From the NCBI GenBank assembly GCA_965285935.1, contig OZ260662.1, positions 37,882,001 to 37,946,000 of the forward strand: DNA of 64,000 bases. Reading direction: 5' to 3'. Under the pieces are notes generated by a model. It made no database searches. It saw only the letters and a program-made list of their open reading frames with translations, and was not told the DNA's origin. Below, in pieces: positions 52,679 to 64,000 of this stretch (position 1 is its first letter; each line of letters starts with the position of its first letter). Origin of the DNA: Ophelia neglecta. Taxonomy: Eukaryota. The position numbers and the translations under genes were made by a program.

Positions 52679-52850
52679 AGCGCCCCGCACCTCAGCTAGT
52701 TTAATTGGGGTGACCAGCGTATGCTGCCCCCAGGCAGGGTTCTCTCCCGGGAAGACCAGCGTATGCTGCTCCCAACACATCCCCTTTATTCGCTCTATAT
52801 TTGTGGGATCCCGCTCAGTGTGCTACAAACGCCTGCACCCCTCGCTTATG

Positions 52851-53164
52851 GCGACCTTGCAGGGTATCCCACATTGTACATATTGATGCCTACTCTGTAT
52901 ATATGTTCATGTCGCTTCGTTAGTCATTATTGTACATACGTTAATAGTTATACTTAACTTTAACTAAGTCATATTTTGTAATCATATTTCGGTGTATGTA
53001 ATGACCAAATTATTCTACTATTGTTATTCGATTTCAACAACGTGTTTTCTAATTTCCTGTGATTATAATATTCAGAACTCTTTACCAATTCATAATTATC
53101 AAAATATTTAATAAATTTAATTAAACTCCTATGTGCCTTGTGTTATTGCTTTCCTAAAGAAAAA
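52851..53164 (+). repeat. Split direct repeat B1 (314 bp)
   Basis: Runs GCGACCTTGCAGGG...TTCCTAAAGAAAAA, matches 53624-53937 at offset 773, and directly abuts A2. Confidence 0.96.
53110..53152 (+). terminator. Candidate polyadenylation signal in repeat B (AATAAA 53110-53115 plus a GU-rich downstream element); copy at 53883-53888
   Basis: AATAAA is followed ~16 nt later by TGTGCCTTGTGTTATTGCTTT. Confidence 0.55.
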
Positions 53165-53573
53165 TGCGACGGTTGTGGTTACACAACCGTGTTTTTCGCA
53201 GGGAAACAATAAGCACACATATACAGCATACGTGTTTTCTTAACCATTCTCCTCGTTTCATGTGTCGCGGCTGATTGCACTTCACTGCGGATGCCGAGGA
53301 TAGCCTCGACCGCTAACCACACCTGATAGCCCTGAACCAAAAGACACCTGCACCACGTGACACACTCGGCCAATCGCGTGTCAGATCGCACAGGGAGCCA
53401 GTTTCCGGACTATTTTGAACTAAACTATCCTTCTCATCCCGACTTCGACCTGGAAAGACGTCTAGACTTCTCTCTCCGGAAACCTGCCTTCGATCGACAT
53501 TTATTCTAATTTACTTACCTTTCGGACCTTTGTTTCAAAATCTATCTTTCGCTTATATCTGATTTTTTCTTTC
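53165..53573 (+). repeat. Split direct repeat A2
   Basis: Copy of A1. Confidence 0.97.
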
Positions 53574-53623
53574 CCTCCCATCCCACCCGATTGTACATTT
53601 TGATGCCTACTCTGTATATATGT

Positions 53624-53937
53624 GCGACCTTGCAGGGTATCCCACATTGTACATATTGATGCCTACTCTGTATATATGTTCATGTCGCTTCGTTAGTCAT
53701 TATTGTACATACGTTAATAGTTATACTTAACTTTAACTAAGTCATATTTTGTAATCATATTTCGGTGTATGTAATGACCAAATTATTCTACTATTGTTAT
53801 TCGATTTCAACAACGTGTTTTCTAATTTCCTGTGATTATAATATTCAGAACTCTTTACCAATTCATAATTATCAAAATATTTAATAAATTTAATTAAACT
53901 CCTATGTGCCTTGTGTTATTGCTTTCCTAAAGAAAAA
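53624..53937 (+). repeat. Split direct repeat B2 (element 3' end)
   Basis: Copy of B1. Identity stops after AAGAAAAA at 53937. Confidence 0.96.
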
Positions 53938-56003
53938 CCATATCCCTATAAACTCATCCCCTCACTCTATACAAGTTATCAATACCAATATTTAATGCAG
54001 ATAAATGGATATTCCAGTAATTGAATTTTCAGATATGTGCACATATACGCAGTCCTATATATGGTTCGGTATTGATTCCCCTGATTGTATTGTGTCAATT
54101 AAAAACTAATCATTTCAAGTGCAATGGATTTGCATTCGTTTTTGCAGGATTTTTTTTAGAAACATTCTTGGCCTGTTGCGAGATCTTTGTTTGAGGTTTC
54201 CTATCGACTGAAGATAATATAAACTCATAAATGTTGCTCCCATCGGTAGTCATTCATCATTTAAAAACTATCTGACGTCCAACAGATGACTCCCCATACT
54301 TCCTCTATCAGATAACCTCCGATCGATCAACAGTGCCTACTAAGTTAGGAAAAACGAGAGATAAAACTTCCGGTTCATCTTATCATGTTTCATTGTTAAG
54401 GTTGAAAATGAGTGTGAGCCTCATTGAAAGGCGGGCGACGAAAGGTGTAGTACATCGTCAGTGCAATTTAGTGAGTATCTCATTTAGGAACACCAGAAAC
54501 ACAGTATTTTTTGTTTACCTGGAAAGGATAAAATACCCTGTTATTCTATAACTATGACAGTGACTTATGCAATACTAGTTTCCTTGTAACAGTCTAGGGT
54601 CGCACCATCAGGTGACTGGTGTTGGTGGTTGTGGATGGGTGTGTGGGTGTGATGGTGGTTATGCTAAAATATGACTTTGTTTAAATAATCAGAAACATGC
54701 TCTTTTGTGCCACTATTGTTTTCGACGTTCTTTCTTTTACTAACTGTGGAATTTTTTTTCTACAAAATGTGACTTTAGCTATGTGGACCCTCCTCTCCAC
54801 CCTTCCAATTATCAACATGAAAGGATTCGCCATCGTTGAAGTGGCATCATTTGTAACAAAGAATTTTCAAGTCTGGTTGTGTTGTGCCCGTGAAAGGTTA
54901 ATTGGCTTGTTAAACGAAACAGTTAAAAAAAATGATCCCCTTTTCAAAGGCCAGTAGAAGACGCATTGACCCTAAACAAATCGGTATCATTATATATAAG
55001 CTCAAGGCAATAAGAAGTTAAAGGTGTTAAGTGTCGACCAGCAAGATATTATTGTGCTGCAACTCCTCAAAATACAGCAAAATCATATCTGAACAAGTCT
55101 GCCAGCTCAAAATAAAAAGAATCTCCACACTTGATAAATTAACAGAAATTTCCCGATAGAGTTTGAAAGGAGATAACTGAATTGACGGTGAAACATCCCT
55201 GATGACCCATAAAAGCTCCCCTCGGGTGGGTAAATGCCTTCCAATTTGAGCATAAATATGGTTCTGCTTTGAATGACAGATGTGTCTCGGGAACGGCATG
55301 AAGTTGTTAACACACCCTGAAATAATGTGCCTCGTGAGACAGATTTGACATGTCCAATGGTGCCAAATGGAATTGGCTAGGAAACAAAAAAAGACTAGAA
55401 AATAATGATTATATTCTCCACACAATATATATTCGATCAGCTGTTATGTATTACTGTGTGTTCTAAAGAAAATTCTTGATATTTACAATAAACGGTTAAA
55501 ATCAATGTTAGCAATGTCCAATCTCTGATGCTCAATTGTAACACACTAACCACACATTTGTTACAATTTCTAGCTTTTTCGATACTGCCTTCATAAATCG
55601 TTCACTTAACATAGTGAGACTGTATTGCACGATTGAAGAGGTACAATTCAATCTCCATCCTTAGTTTGCGTGGACTTTTCACTTCCTTATCTGGCCTTAT
55701 CTTTTTTTTTTCGATCTATTCATCCGTAGTTTTAAGAGAAAGCTTGGTTGTCCTAGGACACAAGCCATCTCTTTCCTACGTCAACCACTGTTTCGTTTGT
55801 TTGGTGATACACTGGATCAATTTAATAAACTATTATTGAGGTTTGAGTTGTCTAGTTTCCCCGAGTATCCCTTCCCGCCTTTTTGTCGACTGTTCTTACC
55901 TCCGTTTACTCAACAAATACAGGTAACTCTTCAAAATAGTTGATATGCGTTGACAACAAATGAAGTATTTGGTATATTGTCGTTTCCTTAATCGTATATC
56001 AAT

Positions 56004-56211
56004 CAGGGGCGGATCTAGGGGGGGGGGGGCTGCCCCCCCCCCACCCACCAATTTTGTTTTACTCTGAAAAAGCCCATCTAGGCGCCCAAAACAAATGCAA
56101 CTAGATGCATGTATGTACCCACCCCAGCTTCTGTGCCCCCCCCCCCCTGCTTTTCAATTCCTGCACATGGAGTGGGCCCCCCCTCCCTGGAAATTCCTGG
56201 ATCCGCCCCTG
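56004..56211. mobile_element. Short MITE with CAGGGGCGGATC(T/C)AGG TIRs
   Basis: 16-bp TIRs with one mismatch; a TCAAT direct repeat sits on both sides (55999-56003 and 56212-56216). Confidence 0.85.
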
Positions 56212-59200
56212 TCAATTTAGCAAACACAGAAGATAATTCAATTGCAAGACTACCTGGGTGGGTGGTTTAAGGCATTGCAGCCCTCTTTGGTATATTCGCG
56301 TCCTTGAATGGCCTACACCTCAACCATTTTGACGTTGTCACCTTCAATGAAGTAACTTAAGACGACATTTTCCTCAATCATCATGCTTAGATTTTTCTAC
56401 TGGAGACGAGTTAGTTGACATATCATTCGCCTTACATCTAGAATGGGCCTATAAGAGCAGACAATTATCTATATCTTGAATAGGTTACTCGCGATGTTGA
56501 ACGTCAAGCAGAATCATAAGACCAAACGCCTTATAGGTAGCTCAGCAGCGTACTGGAAAAAACGTCTAATTAAGTCAGTTGCATCATCAAAGACGCAACA
56601 GGCAGCAAAATATGCATATGTTTGTCTACTAATGAAATCTGGCTCGTAGTAAACTTAATCCTAAATGCCTCCGCAATAAGTGCGCGCAGCTTCCTTTAGT
56701 CGGCAAAATATATGGAATTGCGAACTTGCAACTTCAACCTTGCGCGGAGTATGCATGAACCGCTACTGCCGATTAATATGTCGAACTTCCGTTCATCGGT
56801 AACTCTACTAACAACCACTCAATGTTCTGTATCGGTTTAGCACAATTGGTACGAAGGTGATAGGTTCAAGGAAATGGCAGTATTGTTGATTACGACATTT
56901 AGCAAAAACAATCTTCAAAACACAGAACAAAACCCCTACTTATATCTTAACTGTATTTACTTCGGGCGTCAAATGCGTCTGTACCCCGGCAAGCATAAAT
57001 TACCAGCATGTCTCAGTATCAGCATCTTTTATTCACCAGTCTTCTCTGTCGACGGTAATTTCGCGAACATCGATGGGCTATAAACGAGGACAGACCGAAT
57101 TAATAGCCACCTAGGGACAGCATCAATTGCCAATAAATGAGGACAAATCCTTTTTTTTGCGAATATGCCGTGGCTGCTGAAAAATGGAAAATATGTCAAG
57201 ATGAAGAAGCATATTTAACCCATTTCTTTTGGAATAATTTCTTCCCATGTGTTTAAATATCAAACAATGCGAGCACGCTGAACACGTTAAAAACTGATCA
57301 CGTGTTTCACAGCAGCATACATTTTAAATGCAGCAGTTAGCAACATAGTGTCGGTTAGTATCTGATATTCCCTTATGGTGAATAATGCGGTGACGGCTTT
57401 TTTTCCTGCCTGTCAGTTCGTTTTTCTCTATTATTGTGTTGTTATACCACTGATCTATTGGTAGCTGTCAATGCGGCATTCTGTATTACAATAACACAGA
57501 TCCCCGCATTTACCGCTGCACTTGTAACAAGAAAAATGGCAGCCTAAAAATGCTGTCTAAACAAATCAGTTTTTTTCCTCATATTATTTCCTTAGACAGA
57601 CAGTAAGTATTTTCATGCAGGGGGCTAGCATTGATGACTTTCGACAGGGAAGTAGCTCATTTTATGTTTTCGTTGTTCCTTTGAGCGACCTTCGACCATT
57701 TATGGGTAAGTTAATTAAACACAGAATCATATTTGGGAATTTTAGCGTATAGTATTGAAATTTCAAATTAGAAATACTGTGTTCGCGAAGTCGTAGTGTT
57801 CTTGGTTATCTATTTCCGCTAATGTCTATCTCTTTTCATGGTGCATTGTACATCTATTTGGTCCGTTGCAACATATTTTGTTTCGGCTCACTATCGATGG
57901 AGTATATAGGTGAGATACAGAAATACTGATCCAATCGATAGTCATTAATCACCAAATACCGAGCCGACGTCCGGTAGATGACCCCTCATATCTCATCTAT
58001 CGGATATCATCGGATCAATCACCTCGTTCGGAAGAAAAGGGATAAAACATCTTTCACATAATATCAGGTTTTTTTCTGCTGGATTTAGACAGGCATCAGT
58101 CAGGATCTGATACTTAGATGGGCACCGAAAGGTGTGTTAAGAATAAAAGTTCTGATTATAAGAAAATACGCTATTTATTAAGTCCTTTATAGGTGCAAAG
58201 TAATGCACAATTATAACATTATTTTTTTTGCCACTTGCAATATATATATATATTTGGTATATAAGCCATCCAGCTTACTGAACATGCTTGTTTATGATGA
58301 CTTAAGGATACATCTAAATAAAATTAAATAAAATGACAGTGTGGACAGCAAAGAAAACCATATATTTCACAGCGGTTTCTTAATCAAGAAGTTTCCAATC
58401 TGAGCAAAATGTGTAACAAACGACCAAGAATCAATAAAAATATTATCGAACCTTTCAGTGGCATAACTTACAGTAACAGTGGCATAAACATGGGAGTGGC
58501 ATAGCATATACATCCATACATATGGATGTACAATTGTACTTAATAAAGGAACAATTTGTGTGTGAATATTAGGTAGGATAAGAATATGATATGCCTATCC
58601 CTTCCTCATTTGGTGAATTATATTGTAAGTGTATCCACTTCGCAAAATGACTCGCCTGCTGTGCACATTGGGCACATGAACACAACAGCCTTACAAGCAA
58701 TTAATAAATCTAAAGAACGAAATGAAGAGAGGATCTAATCGCGATCGACCACATTATCTGCTTCATACAGTTTGCACCTTTTTCGCAATGCAACTTTCCA
58801 ATAGAAGAAACCCTCGATTTTTTATGTTTTCGGAGGGCCAATTGGGACAGACCATTAAGTGCCCCCCCCCCTCCCAACGTTTGTGTATGGCTGGAGAATG
58901 TGGGAACCATGCTTACCAAGCAACCCTATTTGTCTCTCCTATAGCATATTTATCTCCGATCTACTGTGAACTATAGCCCGTTTGCTACATGGCTGAAAAC
59001 ATTAGCAATCACCCAACTGCTTCTGCGATCTCCTGCTCTTAAGATATTGCTCCTTTTTATGCATGGTATACAGGTTATATTTTGGGCATAATTCGATTAA
59101 AGTTTTACTATGTGGGGAAATAAGTGTGGCTTAAGATGTTCCCCGACGAATTGATAAATTTCGAGATTTCATTTCTATCAGTGGCCTACTGACGTATGAC

Positions 59201-60042
59201 CAGTATACGATCCCGTTTGTGACGAAGAGATACAATAACTTCATCATCAATCAAGGGCCGTTCTTCACTTGGGTGGCTGGTATATGATTATCTTAAGCCG
59301 TTTAGGTATGTTCAGCACCACACCAGCTGTCACTTGCTATAGCAATACCAAAAAGATTAGAGTACAATTTGGCGTTTGTCCGAAAGTCCTTATTTGTCTG
59401 ACAGTAAGTGGGTCGATGACAAGCAAATTATATCTAGTATTGCAAGTTGTCATATAGCAAAGAAAGTCAAAATGCCTATTGCTATCGGATGCAGAATCTA
59501 ATCTTGAACGTGTAATGGTATTTGTTCTTCACTGTAATTAGATAATGCCGTCTTTTCCTGATTTATTCCCGACAAAAAGGGCATACAACAACCATTATAA
59601 ACTCGAATGGGAAGAACAATTAAACTTGATATAAGCAACTACATTAGAATAACCCTGTATGGTTACGTTGTTTAAAGGGGGTGGATGCCCGGAAACATAA
59701 CAAAATCGCTTATCAAGAAATCGGTCCAAATCCATGAGGAACGAGAAACCGTAGCCCTACAATAGTCAAACCCCAGCATTAAATAAACTTTAAGTTGAAT
59801 AATCACAAATAACCTAAAATGGAAACCAGTTGTCATGAGTAGTAGACAACAGTTTCCTGAAATGTGATTTCGACCTCAAAACAAGTCGCTGTTAGAGGAA
59901 CTTCTTATAAAATTTAAGTATAGTTTCTTCACCAGAGACCGATTATAGAGAATCCAAAGGTCGCTGCAAAAGTCTATAACGTTTTACTTACGGTCGTTAG
60001 ACTTAAGGCTAATGGGGTGAAGTTAGACATATAATTGAGTAT

Positions 60043-60289
60043 CAGTCGCCTTAATTACATGTCGTGTGCATTGCTGATATATTTGACATTATTATTGTTG
60101 TTTTATTCACACAAGGGTTTCATCCAACATTATTATTATGTTCTCCAGGTTTCTAAACTATATAATTACATTATTAAATTGCAGTCGCCTAAATTGCAAG
60201 TGGTGATCATTGCACATCTATTTGTCAATATAATTGTTGTTTTATTCACACAGAGGTCTATGCAACAATATTATCATGTTCTCCAGGTT
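60043..60289. repeat. Old diverged tandem duplication (~139-bp period)
   Basis: CAGTCGCCT...TTGTTGTTTTATTCACACA...ATGTTCTCCAGGTT occurs at ~60043-60150 and ~60182-60289. Confidence 0.8.
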
Positions 60290-63200
60290 GACTTGATCAA
60301 GACTATCATTATCAATCAACATAAACAGACATAGCTGGTGACAACCAAACGTTTGATGTTTTTATGTTGGATGTTTTTTATATACCTAAGAGCCTAACCT
60401 AAGATGTTGGCGTCCTAATAATTGTATTGTGATAATCTTTAGTTCACAACACATCACTATTGCAATGTTCAGTTGCAATGATGTAAATAGTTCTATTCTA
60501 GATATAAATGTATATTCAACGCGATTTGGTTGGGGTTATATGGTTTTATCCACGAGTATAAATTCGTACAAATGTTACTGCACTGACATTTCCGTGGAAG
60601 AAATAAATACCCTGAAAATGTGGGTCAAGTTTGCATATTGGCGCAGCGCACCACAGCGGCTGCGAATAACGTTAGAATTTCGTCTGCTGCAAAACATTCC
60701 GCCCAAATCAAATCGAATAATTCAAATTTTGTAATTTAAATAAAATTTTAGAAAACGAACTTTTTTGAAGGAATCCTTTATTGTTGTGAATGTACCCTAT
60801 AGACCATTGTTGCCACACGTGACCACTACTTGTATTTGAGAGGCTGGTTAATGTACGTTTCTTGTTTTGTAATGCATGGCGTTGTCTGGGAACTAATTTG
60901 AATGCGTCGAACCACTAGATCATGCGGATAAACACAAACCATGTAGACGGGAGGAACTCCATGTAGACGGAAATTAAAGTTCTAAGTTGGTGCCTTATTT
61001 GTTATGCAACGCACTATCGATCATCGAAGGTTAAACAACAATGGGTCCAATATATCCTTTTTCAAGAAACACGAGGAATTGGCAATGAATTCATACCACC
61101 CATTTCTAGCCTTGGTCCACGCTAACAAGGTTCAACTGGAACCGCCCATGGCAAGCTGTAATTAAGCAATTTACAAGAAACGAACTATGTTCAAAACGAT
61201 ACTGAGCTTCGCAAGAGTATTACATTGCATAAACATGATCGTTCCCTTTCGGTATCTTAACCGATCAATTAGTTCCTGGTACCCGTTCAAGCAATATACT
61301 TGACACAAGCGTTTACCGATCATGTCACTGTATGTTAAGAATGCTTGATGTTTTTTTGACGTAAACTAGACTATATATTTAATACGTTGACCCCTGAGCT
61401 GTTTTTCATCCATATTTTAATTATTCACTTATACATTCATATCCATATATAAATGGGTTCTTTATACGACATTTATTATGAAAATTAATATCATTGTGAT
61501 AATTTCAATAAAATGATAATGATTAAAAGCTGTTTTTGTTTCCGAGCAGATCATTTAGTTATCCACACAGGTTTTGACATTAGCGCAATGTCCCTGACAT
61601 GCTTCCTGAGTTTATTAGTCAATGATTGTAGCAGAATGAGTTCAACAAGGAATTATGAATATAAATATATATTCAGCAAAAAATTTGGAAATCGTGTATT
61701 TTGTGATTACTGGCTGTTACCCTGCTCAGGGCGATTGTTATCAATGATATTGGATATAATGAACATTACCCAATCTGGCTAACTTACTTGCAATTTGATT
61801 TTTAACATATCTGCTTATATTGTAAACTTGCCGCCTGTGATGGCACACATTCGCGCAAATATTTGTGTAAATTGACCAAATGGAATATACGGACATATAA
61901 AGTTGATCGACCTTATTAAAATAGAACACTTAATCCATGGTGATATTACAATTGCCTTCTATAAGCAATGATTTATATGAGCTTTAGCTTTTACGACTTG
62001 TATGGCTCATTGGCTCATACTTTAAATTTTAGTTTCAACCGTAAATTATTTAATTCCTAAGGTGGACTTTAATGTTACGCGCAATGCTTTATGGGCCTCG
62101 CATGAATGAAATTTACCGGGTCTTTTTTGATAAAAAAGCTAGTCCCGCGTCTCGGGATTTGGGGGTTATGAGGGTGTGCTTGGAATGATTGACAATGGGT
62201 TGGCCATTAAGGTGGTTTGGGAAAAGTGAATGGGGCAATGGGAGTGTTGAGGGCACTGTGTCCGCGGAGGGAGGATGGATCATGGATCCGCATGAAGAAT
62301 TGAGAATCCGAATGGATGGGAGAATTTGGAGCCATAGGTCACTTAATCTGTTCATTTACCCTGAAACTCAAGCACAACGAAGGGCACATGAGACATGGCT
62401 TAGTTCTTCCCTATAAGGTTGCACTTATAACTGAATAGGTGGCATTCATCTTTATTTTTTTGCCCTAAACCCTCGAGCATTTGCAATAGAGCTTACATTT
62501 TATATTCAGTACTAACTAGGCTGTGCAATTTCATTCATGTTGATACTGCTACAATCAGAAGCTAAGTCAACATTATTCCAGTTAACGAAGCAAAGAGCCA
62601 TGTTTGGTATGAAACCAGTCACTCGATTGGATGATGCCACCCACAAACGTTTTGGAAAGTTATATAATTATTATCAAAAGGCAATTAACCGCACTTGTCA
62701 AAATTGGAAGTGGTCGGTCGTCGATCAGTGCGACTGCTCCCACATCTTTAGCTGTCGGTGGAGATTAGGCCGAGGTAATGGATTGTTATATATAAATGAT
62801 CTTGCAATGTCTGCCAGGTATCCACTTTCATTTCGTTCATTAATCACAGAATTATCTTTAAATTTAAAAGTTTACGCACGTTATAATGAGTTTTAAAGCA
62901 AAGTATATATGCTGGAAACAATTAAATGTCAAGGCACTTTAAAAGATGTAAAAATATCCCTAAAATATCCGTACCAGCATATATAACTGCAGGAAGCTGA
63001 CATCAGGTATAAAACGGCGCGGGGCAATATTACAAGAGCTCTGATTGGATGCATCGCGTCAGGGGTATTTTGCTTCCTCTATAGCAAAGTTTGGATACTA
63101 ACATTTAAATTTCGGTTGGAATAGATATTTATCGGAAGCCATGAATATAAATGCAGTATAGCTGCCTGGGATCACGCAAGGTCCAAATCAGCTTTTGGTG

Positions 63201-64000
63201 TGTGAGAATAGTAGAGATTTTCGGCGGCCATCATGGCGTCATAAACAAAGTATTGCGACATATTTACTGTGTGTCATATTAAAAATCATCCATGAAACCG
63301 AGAAAGACACAATAAAAACGACTCTTTTTGAAAGGGTTCCGACCTCCTTGGTGATTTGGTCCCTGTGTGGATACATTGACATTCAGAGTTTATCTCTCAA
63401 TATTGAATTAAAACACCGTCCAATTAAACGAGTCCGCATGAACGATGTTCTGATCCTACACCGCCGCAGGGTCGTGACCTTCGATGAGCTGGCGTCCTGT
63501 AGAGGCTTGTTACTTTAGATTGGATGGCGTTTCGATGTGATTTACGACTTGTTGGTGTTGGGTCGTCGTTTCATCGTCCATGCCGTGACCTTCACACCTC
63601 GTACCATGTGTCTTGGGATGAATTCGAACCACTGGACCTACTGTAAATCTCATGGAATACTGAATACCCACCCGCTTTTCCTGATAACGACAGCTGTTGT
63701 ATTACACCTTAACAGTTGACGCAGCGTGCTTAGCTGATTCCTTCGTATAATACTTCATAATATATCTATTTTTACGGCGCCTCGCAGGTTGAAAACAGAT
63801 TGTCGTAAATGCAAACATCTTGCAAACCAAATTCTGAATTTACAAAACGGAAAATGCCTTCAAATTTATACATCTACATAATGTACCTGATGTATATAAC
63901 ATTTACCCAGAGTTTTTAGGTAAGTCTATATAGTCCCACCCCTATGCAATATATACACATTGCCTTAAAACAACATTAAACTCTTATTACAAAGAACGTT

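Larger units (their letters stand above)
46677..53937 (+). mobile_element. Full-length Ngaro-type tyrosine-recombinase (DIRS order) retrotransposon with split direct repeats A1...B1-A2-B2
   Basis: Seen: A (409 bp) at 46677-47085 and 53165-53573; B (314 bp) at 52851-53164 and 53624-53937; uninterrupted gag, RT/RNase H and YR ORFs; no target-site duplication. Known: split direct repeats define Ngaro and PAT elements. The lack of a methyltransferase domain after RNase H and the presence of an SGNH ORF favour Ngaro. Confidence 0.95.

Noticed and set aside
46691-53391. Identical 70-aa antisense ORFs in A1 and A2, and other antisense ORFs inside the element
   Set aside because: They result from the repeat duplication or are shadows of the sense ORFs, and show no motifs.

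Overview
This is AT-rich eukaryotic (invertebrate-metazoan-like) genomic DNA. Most of it is intronic or intergenic, with MITEs, decayed LINE fragments and a minisatellite, and I could not identify any host gene with confidence. The dominant feature is an apparently intact, recently inserted ~7.26 kb tyrosine-recombinase retrotransposon of the Ngaro type (46677-53937, + strand). It has split direct repeats in the order A1-[ORFs]-B1-A2-B2, and the copies look identical by eye. It carries overlapping gag, RT/RNase H and tyrosine recombinase (YR) ORFs, plus an SGNH/GDSL hydrolase ORF placed upstream of gag. Between the hydrolase and gag lies an array of about 15 short hairpins sharing a CCG-GCTT-CGG core, whose stems vary while keeping their pairing. 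Well-placed splice signals suggest two introns: one that removes the hydrolase and the array to expose the gag ATG, and one that fuses the Gag N-terminus in frame to the recombinase. The splicing model and any function of the array are inferences that need RNA data or other element copies to test.
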